From the NCBI GenBank assembly GCA_022564475.1, contig JADFLJ010000001.1:1-47642 (forward strand): a stretch of 47,642 nucleotides of DNA, given 5' to 3'. The notes beneath the pieces are model-generated. The model saw nothing but the letters and a program-made list of their open reading frames with translations. It was not told the origin of the DNA and searched no databases. Numbering within the stretch: the stretch's first letter is position 1; each line of letters starts with the position of its first letter. Shown piece after piece: positions 35,379 to 45,267 of this stretch. Made by a program: the position numbers and the translations under genes. The DNA is from Pseudomonadota bacterium (GTDB lineage: Bacteria; Pseudomonadota; Gammaproteobacteria; Steroidobacterales; Woeseiaceae).

Positions 35379-37079
35379 ATGGGTGGTCTCAGCGATATCC
35401 TGGTCATTATCAATGCCATCCTGTGGCACGAGTATGTGCTGTACTCGATTGTTGGCACGGGACTTTTGTTCACGTTCTGGAGCGGCTTCTCGCAGTACTG
35501 GGCGTTGCGCCACGGCCCCAGGATCATTCGCGGTGACTACGACGACCCGGACGATCCAGGTGCTATTAATCACTTCCAGGCGTTGGCCGCGGCGCTGTCA
35601 GCTACGGTCGGCCTCGGCAATATTGGTGGCGTAGCGCTGGCGATCGCACTGGGTGGACCGGGTGCCGTGTTCTGGATGTGGGTCATCGGTATTCTCGGCA
35701 TGGCGATCAAGCTCACCGAAGTAACGATGGCGATGTTGTATCGCAACACCGACGATCCCGAAAACCCGCACGGCGGTCCTATGTGGGTAGCTGCCAGAGC
35801 ACTGGAGAATGCAAACTGGCCGAAACTGGGTCGCTTTGTTGGCATTGTTTTCTGCATTGCGATGATCGTTTCGACGGCCACGGGTGGCAACATGTTCCAG
35901 GCCTGGAACGTCGCCGAGATTACGCAAGCCTACTACGGCGTTCCAACCTGGATAACGGGTGTCATACTCGCGATCATCGTTGGCGCTGTCATTCTTGGCG
36001 GTATCAAGCGCATCGGTAAATTCGCGGCCACGATCGTGCCGCTCATGGTCGCCGCGTATTTGCTCGCGGGCTTTTGGGTACTCGCGGCCAACGTAGGACA
36101 AATACCCGCCATGTTCGCGCTTATCGTGAAATCGGCATTAAACCCGTCAGCTGCGGCCGGCGCTTTTATTGGTGGCTCTGTCTTCTTCGCTTTCCAGATT
36201 GGAATGAAGCGGGCGATCTTCTCGAACGAAGCCGGTCAGGGTTCATCGCCGATGGTGCATGCCGCTGCGAAAACCAATGAGCCGGCGCGTGAGGGCATTG
36301 TTGCAGGACTTGAGCCATTCATCGACACGATCGTCGTTTGCACGTTCACAGCGCTGATTATTCTTTCGACGGGCGTATGGAATCGCGCGCCGGACATCCC
36401 CTTCGAACAACTGCCGGAATTTACACAGACCGAAGAAGGCTGGACCTTGCCGAATATCGCTGTTGATGGTGAGGGTTGGTTCGAAGGCGACAGTGCCTTT
36501 ATCGTCATAGGCGCGCATGACAATCACCAAACCGCAAATGACCTGCACAAGATGACGGGCGCGGCCACGGTGACCGCAACAGGATTCGAGATCCATTGGA
36601 CCCCGTTTCGCAGCGCTGAAAAACCTGAAATAGTTAGTAACGGAATCTATCGAAATTACGTCGGCGCAACACTGACAGCCAAGGCCTTCGATTCCGTCAC
36701 GCCGGGCCTGGGCAAGTGGGTTGTCACGATCGCAACCTGGCTGTTCGCAATCTCGACGATGATTTCCTGGTGCTATTACGGCGAACAGGGCGTCGTGTTT
36801 ATTGGCGGCGAAAAACCCGTGATGGCGTACAAGATCGGCTACTGCATTCTGATTATTATCGCAACGCTCGGCTTCGTGAAAACCGACGCCGATCTCGACA
36901 ATGTTATCGGTATCGGCACGGGCGTCATCATGTTCGCCAACATTCCCATCATCTGGATGTTTGGTTACCAGGCAATGCGTTCCTACAAGGACTACATCAG
37001 GCGCCTGAAAGCCGGCAACATGGGGCCGGACTCCAAGCCACCGAGCCTCGACGAACTGCTGGCGAACAAAGACGTCTAG
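35379..37079 (+). CDS. Alanine/glycine:cation symporter (AGCS family)
   Basis: Motifs FQALAAALSATVGLGNIGGVALAIALGGPGAVFWMW and NEAGQGSSPMVHAAAKT are present. Confidence 0.9.
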   Translation: MGGLSDILVIINAILWHEYVLYSIVGTGLLFTFWSGFSQYWALRHGPRIIRGDYDDPDDPGAINHFQALAAALSATVGLGNIGGVALAIALGGPGAVFWMWVIGILGMAIKLTEVTMAMLYRNTDDPENPHGGPMWVAARALENANWPKLGRFVGIVFCIAMIVSTATGGNMFQAWNVAEITQAYYGVPTWITGVILAIIVGAVILGGIKRIGKFAATIVPLMVAAYLLAGFWVLAANVGQIPAMFALIVKSALNPSAAAGAFIGGSVFFAFQIGMKRAIFSNEAGQGSSPMVHAAAKTNEPAREGIVAGLEPFIDTIVVCTFTALIILSTGVWNRAPDIPFEQLPEFTQTEEGWTLPNIAVDGEGWFEGDSAFIVIGAHDNHQTANDLHKMTGAATVTATGFEIHWTPFRSAEKPEIVSNGIYRNYVGATLTAKAFDSVTPGLGKWVVTIATWLFAISTMISWCYYGEQGVVFIGGEKPVMAYKIGYCILIIIATLGFVKTDADLDNVIGIGTGVIMFANIPIIWMFGYQAMRSYKDYIRRLKAGNMGPDSKPPSLDELLANKDV

Positions 37080-37080
37080 A

Positions 37081-37533
37081 CTAGCTTTCAGGCTCGTCTG
37101 AATTACGAGATTTGCGGCCGCGACGCTGAATCGCATCGAGTGCCTTGTCGATCTGCTCTTTCACCTGCTTTGTCATGCCGCCGCGCTTGAATTCATCGAC
37201 GACGAAGGATTCGACGCGCACGACGAGTTCGTCAATGTTCAGATCACCGAGATGGCTTTGGTGGTCGAGTTCTTCCGGGGCGTGATCGAGCGCGCCGAAC
37301 AAATTAATCGAACGTTCACTTTGCTTGCCAAGGGCAAGCAACTGATAAAACTGCGGGCCGGGCTTGCCGTCCCTGGTCCTCACCAGGCTCACGATCGCCG
37401 CAATAAGTGATACCGGAACCAGCAGAAAATCGCGCAAGCCGTCGATAACCAATTTGAACTGTAAAACGGTCGTGTCGCGTATCAGCGTCCAGCGCGCCGA
37501 GTGATCGGGATCCGTTGCTGTGATGTCGTTCAT
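37081..37533 (-). CDS. Hypothetical membrane protein
   Basis: This lies within ORF 37081..37563, and I prefer ATG 37533. It has one hydrophobic segment (FLLVPVSLIAAIVSL). I recognise no domain. Confidence 0.5.
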   Translation of the reverse strand: MNDITATDPDHSARWTLIRDTTVLQFKLVIDGLRDFLLVPVSLIAAIVSLVRTRDGKPGPQFYQLLALGKQSERSINLFGALDHAPEELDHQSHLGDLNIDELVVRVESFVVDEFKRGGMTKQVKEQIDKALDAIQRRGRKSRNSDEPES

Positions 37534-37646
37534 AGATGTTATTACCGCAGAATTCTTAATCAAGACAAGCGATTATAGCCCGGGACGGTGGCATGCAAGA
37601 CACCTTTCCCGTACTGTTACGGGCAGCTCGCTCAGGTCCGGATTTT

Positions 37647-38672
37647 ATGCCGACGTCTCAGTCATTGCCATCTTACGAGCACGGGTTCGCCGAAAACCTG
37701 GGGATCCTTCTCGTCAATCTCGGCACACCCGACGCGCCAACGCCGTCGGCCGTGCGTCGGTATCTCGCCGAATTTCTCTGGGATCCGCATGTCATCGACA
37801 TAGCGCGACCGCTGTGGTGGCTGATGCTGCACGGCTATATTCTTCGCATCCGTCCCGCACGCTCTGCGCGAGCGTACAGCCGGATCTGGACCGATGAAGG
37901 GTCACCGCTGCTCGTGAATTCCAGCGCTATTGCAGAGAGTCTTCGCGCCTTGCTGGACTCCCAGGGTCCTGGTGGTGTCCCGGTCGCGCTGGGCATGAGC
38001 TATGGCCGTCCATCATTGAGCGCTGCAATCGACGAATTGGAGCAAGCGGGGGCCAGGCAGATTGTAGTGCTGCCGCTGTACCCACAATATTCGACGACGA
38101 CGACCGCCTCCGTTCGCGATGCGGTAAGCACACTATTGAGCAAACGACATCGCGCACTTGCGATGCATTTCATAAGCGATTATCACGACGCGCCGGGTTA
38201 CATCGCAGCACTCGCGAACAGCGTTCGCGACCACTGGGACCAGCACGGTCGGAGCGCGCATCTACTGCTGTCGTTCCACGGCATACCCGAACGAACCGTC
38301 GCCAACGGCGACCCTTACCAATCTCAATGCGTGCAAACAGCGAAGCTTCTGGCGCAAGCCTTGCAACTCCGCGATGACGAGTGGACACTCAGCTTTCAGT
38401 CCAGAGTTGGAGGTGCTGAGTGGTTGCGTCCCTACACCGATGATGTGATCCGGGATCTTGGCAACAACAATATCCGGAGTCTCGATGTCGTATGTCCGGG
38501 TTTCGCCGCCGACTGTTTGGAAACACTCGAGGAAATTGCGATGCAAAACGCCGAGTTGTTATCTCAATCGGGTGGCGGCAACTTGAATTACATCCCGGCG
38601 CTCAACGCGCGTGCAGACCACATCGAGTTTCTGTCACGCCTCGTCGAGCAGCTTGCAGGAGCGGGTGCATGA
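37647..38672 (+). CDS. hemH: Ferrochelatase
   Basis: The N-terminus is GILLVNLGTPDAPTPSAVRRYLAEFLWDPHVI, with PLYPQYSTTT also present. The start is uncertain between 37593 and 37647. I chose 37647 by comparison with the short N-terminus of E. coli HemH. Confidence 0.9.
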   Translation: MPTSQSLPSYEHGFAENLGILLVNLGTPDAPTPSAVRRYLAEFLWDPHVIDIARPLWWLMLHGYILRIRPARSARAYSRIWTDEGSPLLVNSSAIAESLRALLDSQGPGGVPVALGMSYGRPSLSAAIDELEQAGARQIVVLPLYPQYSTTTTASVRDAVSTLLSKRHRALAMHFISDYHDAPGYIAALANSVRDHWDQHGRSAHLLLSFHGIPERTVANGDPYQSQCVQTAKLLAQALQLRDDEWTLSFQSRVGGAEWLRPYTDDVIRDLGNNNIRSLDVVCPGFAADCLETLEEIAMQNAELLSQSGGGNLNYIPALNARADHIEFLSRLVEQLAGAGA

Positions 38673-39442
38673 GCGGCATCGGCCGATTCCTTGAGTTCAG
38701 CGTTCGCACGGACGACATAATCGAGTCAATGCACTTCTATCGCTTGCTGGGCTTTCGCGAAGTTGAGATAGGCGATGTGTGGTCGCACAAGTATGCGGTT
38801 ATGAGTGACGGCGTGCTTAGCATTGGCCTGCATGACCGGGATTTCGACGCCCCTGCGATCACCTTTGTGCAACCCGAGCTCGCAAAACACGCTCGCAGCA
38901 TGTCGGACCACGGCTTCGACTTCAGCTACATGCAGCTGGATGAAGGCGCATTTAATGAGATTCGGCTGCGCGACCGCGATGGTCACGCGATCATGATGCT
39001 GGAGGCACGTACCTACTACGGCACGGATGCAGACGATGACGACTCGCTGTGCGGTAACTGGTTCGAACTCACGCTACCGGTCCGGGAGGCTGTTCGATCG
39101 GCCCATTTCTGGGCGCCGATCGCACCTGTCGTGATGAAAATTCGCGAAGAGCCAACGATGCACATGCGCTTCGATGCTGGCGGTATCGCACTCGGCCTGT
39201 CGGAAAGCATCGCGCTGCACGGTCCATCGCTGTGTTTCAAATGCCCGGACAGAGACGCAATCCACGAAGTCTGCGAACGGCATGGTCTTATGATCGAGAA
39301 ATTTCCGGGCTATGAAGGCGCATTCGCCGCGATCAAGTCGCCTGAGGGTACTTGCCTGTATCTCTTCGACGAGGATTTTCTGGGCGAAGGAATCGAGGTC
39401 CACGAATCTGACGATCTCAGCGAGTACCCGGGAGTTTCCTGA
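38669..39442 (+). CDS. VOC (glyoxalase/bleomycin-resistance/dioxygenase) family protein
   Basis: ATG 38669 overlaps the hemH stop as ATGA. The N-terminus MSGIGRFLEFSVRTDDIIESMHFYRLLGFRE is VOC-like. The ORF-track start at 38492 lies inside hemH. Confidence 0.7.
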   Translation: MSGIGRFLEFSVRTDDIIESMHFYRLLGFREVEIGDVWSHKYAVMSDGVLSIGLHDRDFDAPAITFVQPELAKHARSMSDHGFDFSYMQLDEGAFNEIRLRDRDGHAIMMLEARTYYGTDADDDDSLCGNWFELTLPVREAVRSAHFWAPIAPVVMKIREEPTMHMRFDAGGIALGLSESIALHGPSLCFKCPDRDAIHEVCERHGLMIEKFPGYEGAFAAIKSPEGTCLYLFDEDFLGEGIEVHESDDLSEYPGVS

Positions 39443-39468
39443 GCTTCAGGCCTGAGCCCTGGGCAAAT

Positions 39469-40359
39469 CTAGCGGCAGTAAATATCGGAGACGCGTTCCG
39501 CCTGACGGCGCAAAGCCATCCCGATATTCGCCTCGTCGTATAAGGCGTTGATCGCACCCAGGTCGGGTGCCTTCGGTTGCAGCTCTTCCTCCGCATTGTC
39601 GATCGGCGCGTCACAGGCGATTCCCGTCAGCCGCCGCGCAAGATCGGCCGCGCCTTTATGAGTTTCAAGCTTCGCGCCGAGGGTCTTCGCGCCGCGCACA
39701 TCGACTTCGTGTACTTTGTCGAGATTCGCGTAGATTTTTTCCAGGCTACCGAAATGCCTGAGCAAGGCCCCGGCGGTTATCTTGCCGACCCCCGGAACGC
39801 CGGGAATATTGTCAACGGCATCGCCCGCCAGCGCCAGAAAATCAGCGATCTGTTCCGGCCACACACCGAACACCTCCGGCACGCCCTCGTACTCAATCTT
39901 GCCTCTGCCTGCGAAGTCCCAGAAAACATCGTCACGCGCAATCAACTGCGCGAGGTCCTTGTCGCGACTGACCACGGTCGAGGAGCGACCTCTGCGGCGG
40001 CCATGCTCGACAAGCGCGCCAATCAGGTCATCCGCCTCGTACCTGGGATTGGACACATTCATCAAACCCATTGCCCGTGTAAACCGTCGACATTGCTCAA
40101 ACTGGCGCTTCAGGTCGTCGGGTGTCGGGTCGCGATTCGCTTTGTATTCGGGATAAATGTCGGTGCGAAAATTGGTCGTCGAACTTTCATCGAATGCAAC
40201 CGCGATGTACTCGGGCGTGACCTGTTCCATGAAGTCACCAAGAAACCGGCAAAAGCCGTACAGCGCATTAACGGGATTGCCTTCGCCATCGACCATGTCA
40301 TCCGGCATCGAATAATAGGCACGGAAAATGTAAACACTCGCATCAATCAGGTATTGCAT
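39469..40359 (-). CDS. 5'-3' exonuclease / flap endonuclease family protein (Xni/ExoIX-like)
   Basis: Motifs MQYLIDASVYIFRAYYS, AVAFDES, YKANR and EADDLIGAL are present. The H3TH region is LAGDAVDNIPGVPGVGKITAGALL. An alternative GTG start at 40380 overlaps the HNH stop. Confidence 0.85.
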   Translation of the reverse strand: MQYLIDASVYIFRAYYSMPDDMVDGEGNPVNALYGFCRFLGDFMEQVTPEYIAVAFDESSTTNFRTDIYPEYKANRDPTPDDLKRQFEQCRRFTRAMGLMNVSNPRYEADDLIGALVEHGRRRGRSSTVVSRDKDLAQLIARDDVFWDFAGRGKIEYEGVPEVFGVWPEQIADFLALAGDAVDNIPGVPGVGKITAGALLRHFGSLEKIYANLDKVHEVDVRGAKTLGAKLETHKGAADLARRLTGIACDAPIDNAEEELQPKAPDLGAINALYDEANIGMALRRQAERVSDIYCR

Positions 40360-40379
40360 CGACAAACCTTGTTGGGCCA

Positions 40380-41033
40380 CTAACCGTGAAAATGCGTATC
40401 GATCACCTGATCTCCCGAAAAGAGATGTCCGGTCAATCGTGCATGCAGCGGGCTGGAGCGGGGAATATGCGCGAGCAGGTACTGCATCTGATCCGCCAGC
40501 ACGCGCCGCCCCTTCAGGTAAATGTACTCGGCATAGGTTGGTGTGAACGGCACCGCGACGAGTTCCATCGCCGCCTGCTCGGGCGTGCGGCCACCCTTGT
40601 AGTTATTGCAGCGCCGGCACGCCGTCGCGACGTTGTTCCAGCTATCGCGGCCGCCGTGCGATATCGGAGTGATGTGATCGCGCGTCAGATCACGTGTCGG
40701 AAATCGCTTCGCACAATAAAGACAAAGATTCGCATCCCGTTTGAACAGCGTGCGATTGTTCAGCGGCGGAACGTATTTATCACGATTACGTGTAAGGCTC
40801 TTGCTTGTACCGTGAGTGGCAATAATCGAATTGACATCGACCTTGCTGCGCTGACCGTCGAATGAGCTGTAGCCGCCGAACACAGTGTAGAGCAGTGTGC
40901 CGCAATCGTAAGCGATCTGTTTGGCATGATAGAGACGCACAGCTTCCCTGTAGTCGATCCACTCAAGTGGCATACCGGCTACGTCAGTTCGCAACACCTG
41001 TTGCGAAATATTGGAAACCATTCCTGCAAGCAT
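40380..41033 (-). CDS. HNH endonuclease
   Basis: The motif CLYC...DHITPISHGGRDSWNNVATACRRCNNYKG combines an HNH motif with a CxxC...CxxC zinc site. Confidence 0.8.
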   Translation of the reverse strand: MLAGMVSNISQQVLRTDVAGMPLEWIDYREAVRLYHAKQIAYDCGTLLYTVFGGYSSFDGQRSKVDVNSIIATHGTSKSLTRNRDKYVPPLNNRTLFKRDANLCLYCAKRFPTRDLTRDHITPISHGGRDSWNNVATACRRCNNYKGGRTPEQAAMELVAVPFTPTYAEYIYLKGRRVLADQMQYLLAHIPRSSPLHARLTGHLFSGDQVIDTHFHG

Positions 41034-41136
41034 TGGTGCATCTCATATAGTTCAACCGCAGATCGTATAAACGCTTACACAATCTACCTATGATGGAGTG
41101 TGCCGTACCCGCTGAAAAAATCAACAAACGTCGCTT

Positions 41137-42534
41137 CTAAAGCGCTTTCAGAACCTCGTCGAGGGTTTCTTTGGCATCCCCGAATAACATTTGGGTGTTC
41201 TCTTTGAAGAACAACGGGTTTTGCACGCCAGCATAGCCTGTTGCCATGCTGCGTTTGAGTACGATCGTCGACTTGCCCTTCCAGCACTCCAGCACGGGCA
41301 TGCCGGCGATCGGGCTGTTTGGTTCGTCCAGCGCCGATGGATTCACGATGTCGTTGGCGCCGATAACGACAGACACATCGACATCGGGAAAGTCATCGTT
41401 GATCTCGTCCATTTCAAAAACGATGTCGTAAGGAACCCTTGCTTCCGCGAGCAGGACATTCATGTGTCCAGGCATGCGGCCCGCAACAGGGTGGATGCCG
41501 AAGCGCACATTTATTTTTTTGGCCCGCAGCACTTTCGTAATTTCATTCACAGTGTGCTGCGCCCGTGCAACGGCCATGCCGTAGCCCGGAATAATCATGA
41601 CTTCTTTGGCGTCTTTGAGCAGGGCCGCAACGTCAACCGCACTAATCGGCACAACTTCGCCCTGCAACTCTGCGCTGTCGGCGACCAGTGTACCACCGCC
41701 TGTTCCGAATCCACCTGCAATGACGGCAATGAATTTCCGATTCATGGCACGGCACATGATGTAACTCAGAATTGCGCCACTTGAACCGACGAGTGCACCC
41801 GTAACAATCAACAAGTCATTGCCAAGCATGAATCCCGTTGCAGCGGCCGCCCAGCCCGAATAACTGTTCAACATCGACACGACGACGGGCATGCCAGCAC
41901 CACCTATGGCCATCACCATGTGAATGCCGAACAACAACGCGATTACCGTCATGATGATCAGCGCGTCCATGCCGCCACCCGCTGCAGACTGCAGTACGAA
42001 CTCGCGGCCAAACCAGATCGCGCCCAGCAACAAAGCGAGATTCAGCCAGTGACGCATGGGCAACATCAGCGGCTTGCCGCCAATTCGACCGCTTAGTTTG
42101 CCAAAGGCGATGATCGAACCCGAGAACGTTATGGCACCAATGAGGACGCCCAGGTAGGTTTCGATACCGTGGATGGTTAGCTCGACACCTTCCAGGTGTA
42201 CGCCCGGATGCATGAAATTGGCGAAACCCACGGTGACCGCGGCGAGGCCTACAAGGCTGTGCAAACTCGCAACAAGCTCCGGCATCTGGGTCATTTGAAT
42301 ACGACGCGCCAGAACGATGCCGATGCTGCCGCCGATTAGCAACGCAACCATGAGTGTTGTGTAATTCTGTGTAACAACGCCAAATATCGTCGCGAGCAAC
42401 GCGATGGTCATGCCCGTGATGCCATACCAGTTGCCGCGTCTTGCGGTCTCCTGGCTGGAAAGGCCACCCAGGGCCAGGATGAAGAGAATCGTCGCAGCGA
42501 TATACGAAACGGTCACTATGCCAGCACTAATCAT
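41137..42534 (-). CDS. pntB: NAD(P) transhydrogenase subunit beta
   Basis: A multi-TM N-terminal half is followed by the dIII domain motifs [14 protein letters not shown] and GANDIVNP. Confidence 0.95.
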   Translation of the reverse strand: MISAGIVTVSYIAATILFILALGGLSSQETARRGNWYGITGMTIALLATIFGVVTQNYTTLMVALLIGGSIGIVLARRIQMTQMPELVASLHSLVGLAAVTVGFANFMHPGVHLEGVELTIHGIETYLGVLIGAITFSGSIIAFGKLSGRIGGKPLMLPMRHWLNLALLLGAIWFGREFVLQSAAGGGMDALIIMTVIALLFGIHMVMAIGGAGMPVVVSMLNSYSGWAAAATGFMLGNDLLIVTGALVGSSGAILSYIMCRAMNRKFIAVIAGGFGTGGGTLVADSAELQGEVVPISAVDVAALLKDAKEVMIIPGYGMAVARAQHTVNEITKVLRAKKINVRFGIHPVAGRMPGHMNVLLAEARVPYDIVFEMDEINDDFPDVDVSVVIGANDIVNPSALDEPNSPIAGMPVLECWKGKSTIVLKRSMATGYAGVQNPLFFKENTQMLFGDAKETLDEVLKAL

Positions 42535-42541
42535 GTCGACC

Positions 42542-44074
42542 TCACTTCCGGAACATGTCGAGCATGCGATATGTCACGGCAAAACCGCCGGCGATGTTTA
42601 TGCTTGTGATCAGTATCGTAAACGCGGCGATCCACATGATTGTTTCGTTGGCCACACTCACCTGCAGCAGCGCGCCGATAACGATAATGCTTGATATCGC
42701 ATTGGTCACACTCATGAGCGGCGTGTGCAATGCGGGTGATACGTTCCAGATCACCATGTAGCCGATAAAGCAACTGAGAACGAACACCGTGAAGTGCGCC
42801 ATGAACGAGGGTGGCGCTACAGCCCCGAGTCCCAGCAACGCGAGACCGGCGAGCGCCATGGCGATAATCGGTCCGCTCACGGATGGCTTTTCTTCGACGA
42901 CCTCGGGAACCGGCGCCGACACCGCCTGCGGCGGGGCTGCCGACAGTTTTGGCGCCGGTGGCGGCCACGTCGTTTCGCCGTCCTTGCAAACCGTCGCACC
43001 CCGAATTGCCTCGTCTTCCATGTCGACAACGATCTGCCCGTCTTTGCCGGGCGTCATGTCCGTCAACATATGCCGAAGATTGGTGGCGTAGAGTTGACTG
43101 GCTTGCGCCGCCAGGCGACTCGGCAAATCCGTGTAACCGATAATGCTTACACCGTCAGTCTGCACCACCTTGTCAGGCTGGGTTAGCTCGCAGTTGCCAC
43201 CTTGCTCGGCTGCAAGGTCAACGATAACGCTGCCGTCTTTCATTGAGCGGACCATGTCGGCCGTAATCAATCGCGGCGCAGGCTTGCCTGGAATCAATGC
43301 CGTCGTAATGATGATATCGACTTCTTTGGCTTGCTCAGCGAACAGGGCCATTTCGGCTTTGATGAACTCCTCGCTCATGATCTTGGCGTAGCCGCCCTCA
43401 CCCGAGCCATCCTCATCATCGAAATCCAGCATCAGGAATTCGGCGTCCATGCTTTCGACCTGCTCTTTAACCTCCGGTCGGGTATCGAATGCTCGAACGA
43501 TTGCCCCCATGCTTTTTGCAGCGCCGATCGCCGCCAGTCCGGCAACGCCCGCACCGATGACGAGGACCTTGGCTGGCGGAACTTTGCCGGCCGCCGTGAT
43601 TTGTCCCGTGAAGAATCGTCCGAAATGCTGGGCGGCCTCAACCACCGCACGATAGCCCGCGATATTGGCCATCGAGCTCAGCGCATCCATTTTTTGCGCG
43701 CGCGAAATTCGCGGCACGCTGTCCATCGCCAGAACGGTCGCACCTGTCGCTGTAAGCTGCTGCAGAAGTTTGGGGTTTTGTGCAGGCCAAAGAAAGCTGA
43801 TCAGGGTTTGATCCGCCCGCAGTCGGCCGGCTTCTTTTTTGTCCGGGCCACGAACCTTGAGGATGATGTCTGACTGCTTCCAGATATCGCGCGCGGAAGA
43901 CAGAATTTCACAACCGGCTTCCTCGTAGGCTGCATCAGAATAACTTGCCGCCGTGCCGGCACCCTTTTCAACAGCGACGCTGTAACCAAGTTTGATTAGC
44001 TGGGATGCAACATCCGGCGTCGTCGCCACACGTCGTTCACCGTCATGATTCTCTCTTGGTACACCGATTTTCAT
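42542..44074 (-). CDS. pntA: NAD(P) transhydrogenase subunit alpha
   Basis: The N-terminus is [17 protein letters not shown]. The Rossmann motif [22 protein letters not shown] and C-terminal TM helices are present. Confidence 0.95.
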   Translation of the reverse strand: MKIGVPRENHDGERRVATTPDVASQLIKLGYSVAVEKGAGTAASYSDAAYEEAGCEILSSARDIWKQSDIILKVRGPDKKEAGRLRADQTLISFLWPAQNPKLLQQLTATGATVLAMDSVPRISRAQKMDALSSMANIAGYRAVVEAAQHFGRFFTGQITAAGKVPPAKVLVIGAGVAGLAAIGAAKSMGAIVRAFDTRPEVKEQVESMDAEFLMLDFDDEDGSGEGGYAKIMSEEFIKAEMALFAEQAKEVDIIITTALIPGKPAPRLITADMVRSMKDGSVIVDLAAEQGGNCELTQPDKVVQTDGVSIIGYTDLPSRLAAQASQLYATNLRHMLTDMTPGKDGQIVVDMEDEAIRGATVCKDGETTWPPPAPKLSAAPPQAVSAPVPEVVEEKPSVSGPIIAMALAGLALLGLGAVAPPSFMAHFTVFVLSCFIGYMVIWNVSPALHTPLMSVTNAISSIIVIGALLQVSVANETIMWIAAFTILITSINIAGGFAVTYRMLDMFRK

Positions 44075-44125
44075 AGTCGCCTCCGTCAGAACCGACGTAC
44101 TCTATCAACATCACGGCGACATTTA

Positions 44126-44617
44126 TTACTTTTTTCGTCGCGGTCGATCGGTATTCTGACGCTGTCGCATCCGGTCGCGCAAACGCTGTCGTTGCTCCGG
44201 TGTCATATCGCGAAATCGGTCACGCAACTGCTGCCGACGCTCCGGACGCATCTCATGAAAACGACGAAAATTCCTGCGTATACGATCCTGCTCGGCTGCC
44301 GGTAAATCGCGATAAGTTTGATAATGCTCCCGTATCATGTCTCGGCGCTCACTTGGAAGCTCCTGCCAACGGGAAAATCTCGACCGCGCGCCCTCTCGCT
44401 CCGAATCCGACATGCCAAGCCAGCGATCGGCGCCGTGCGCGAGGCGCTCTTGTCTTGCATAGGTCATGCCGTTCCAGTCCACGGCAAAGCGATCCAGAAT
44501 TTGTTGCTGCTCCGCGCTCAGGCTGTCCCAGGCGACAGGCCTGCCCGACTCTTCGTCTGCGGCGGCCGTCGCAAATGCCAGCAGCACCGCTATTGCGAAC
44601 AATGTCTTAACCTTCAT
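44126..44617 (-). CDS. DUF3106 domain protein
   Basis: A signal peptide (MKVKTLFAIAVLLAFATAAA) is followed by repeated Arg-rich P-x-E/Q-R motifs (LPSERRDMIR, LPAAEQDRIRR, MRPERRQQLR, MTPEQRQRLR). Confidence 0.7.
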   Translation of the reverse strand: MKVKTLFAIAVLLAFATAAADEESGRPVAWDSLSAEQQQILDRFAVDWNGMTYARQERLAHGADRWLGMSDSEREGARSRFSRWQELPSERRDMIREHYQTYRDLPAAEQDRIRRNFRRFHEMRPERRQQLRDRFRDMTPEQRQRLRDRMRQRQNTDRPRRKK

Positions 44618-44879
44618 CGTCATTCTCCGTCGATGCTTCGCCTTCAAGCGCGGGATCGGACCGCTCTTCGGATTCCGTAACGACCAACTCAGCTACCTGA
44701 TCAGCTACCTGATTAATAACCAGCCATATTTCATCCGATTCCTCCCAGAAGCCGAGGTACTCAAGAAAATCTGTTCCCGGCGAACCATCGTCTGCGGCGA
44801 GTACCGTTGCGCAGATACCGAGCAACACGCCCGCTAAAAAGCCGGACGATCGCCGGCGCAATTGCCGACTAGCCAACAT
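44607..44879 (-). CDS. Small hypothetical protein (N-terminal hydrophobic segment, acidic C-terminus)
   Basis: The internal ATG 44879 of ORF 44607..44936 gives MLASRQLRRRSSGFLAGVLLGICATVLAADDG. It overlaps both neighbouring genes by about 11 nt. Confidence 0.45.
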   Translation of the reverse strand: MLASRQLRRRSSGFLAGVLLGICATVLAADDGSPGTDFLEYLGFWEESDEIWLVINQVADQVAELVVTESEERSDPALEGEASTENDDEG

Positions 44880-45267
44880 CGTCCGTTGCGTCTGCTTCAG
44901 CAATATCGATCCAACTATAAAAATCCAGCTCCTCAATCATCTCAAGGGCATCGTCGCCCATGAGTAATTCGAAATCGCTTTGCACGGGATTGGCCGCAAA
45001 CGGCACATCATCCATGTCCGGCCCGCGCACGACGAGGACCGCGACCAACACCGCTGTCGCCATGCCCGCCGCCGGAACCCAGCGATGCCACAGGCGAGGC
45101 GCATCCGCCGCCGCCGCGAGCGCCGCCTGTCGGCCCTGATTAAGCTTCGACAGCGTTGCGGCATCCAGGCTGTCAACACTTGCATCGAACAAGGCTTTCG
45201 CACTTTGCTCAAATTGCTCATTCGGCCCTGGCGGCTCAATCGGCTTTTCGTCATTTGGCTTGTTCAT
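44869..45267 (-). CDS. Putative anti-sigma factor (DUF3619-like, single TM)
   Basis: Its start overlaps the sigma-gene stop as ATGA. It has one TM segment (WVPAAGMATAVLVAVLVV). The role is inferred from its position directly after an ECF sigma gene. Confidence 0.55.
   Translation of the reverse strand: MNKPNDEKPIEPPGPNEQFEQSAKALFDASVDSLDAATLSKLNQGRQAALAAAADAPRLWHRWVPAAGMATAVLVAVLVVRGPDMDDVPFAANPVQSDFELLMGDDALEMIEELDFYSWIDIAEADATDDVG

Noticed and set aside
36243-37136. A 297-aa minus-strand ORF.
   Set aside because: It is antisense to the AGCS symporter gene, and the translation has no recognisable features.
39577-40383. A 268-aa plus-strand ORF.
   Set aside because: It is antisense to the 5'-3' exonuclease gene, which has clear PIN/H3TH motifs.
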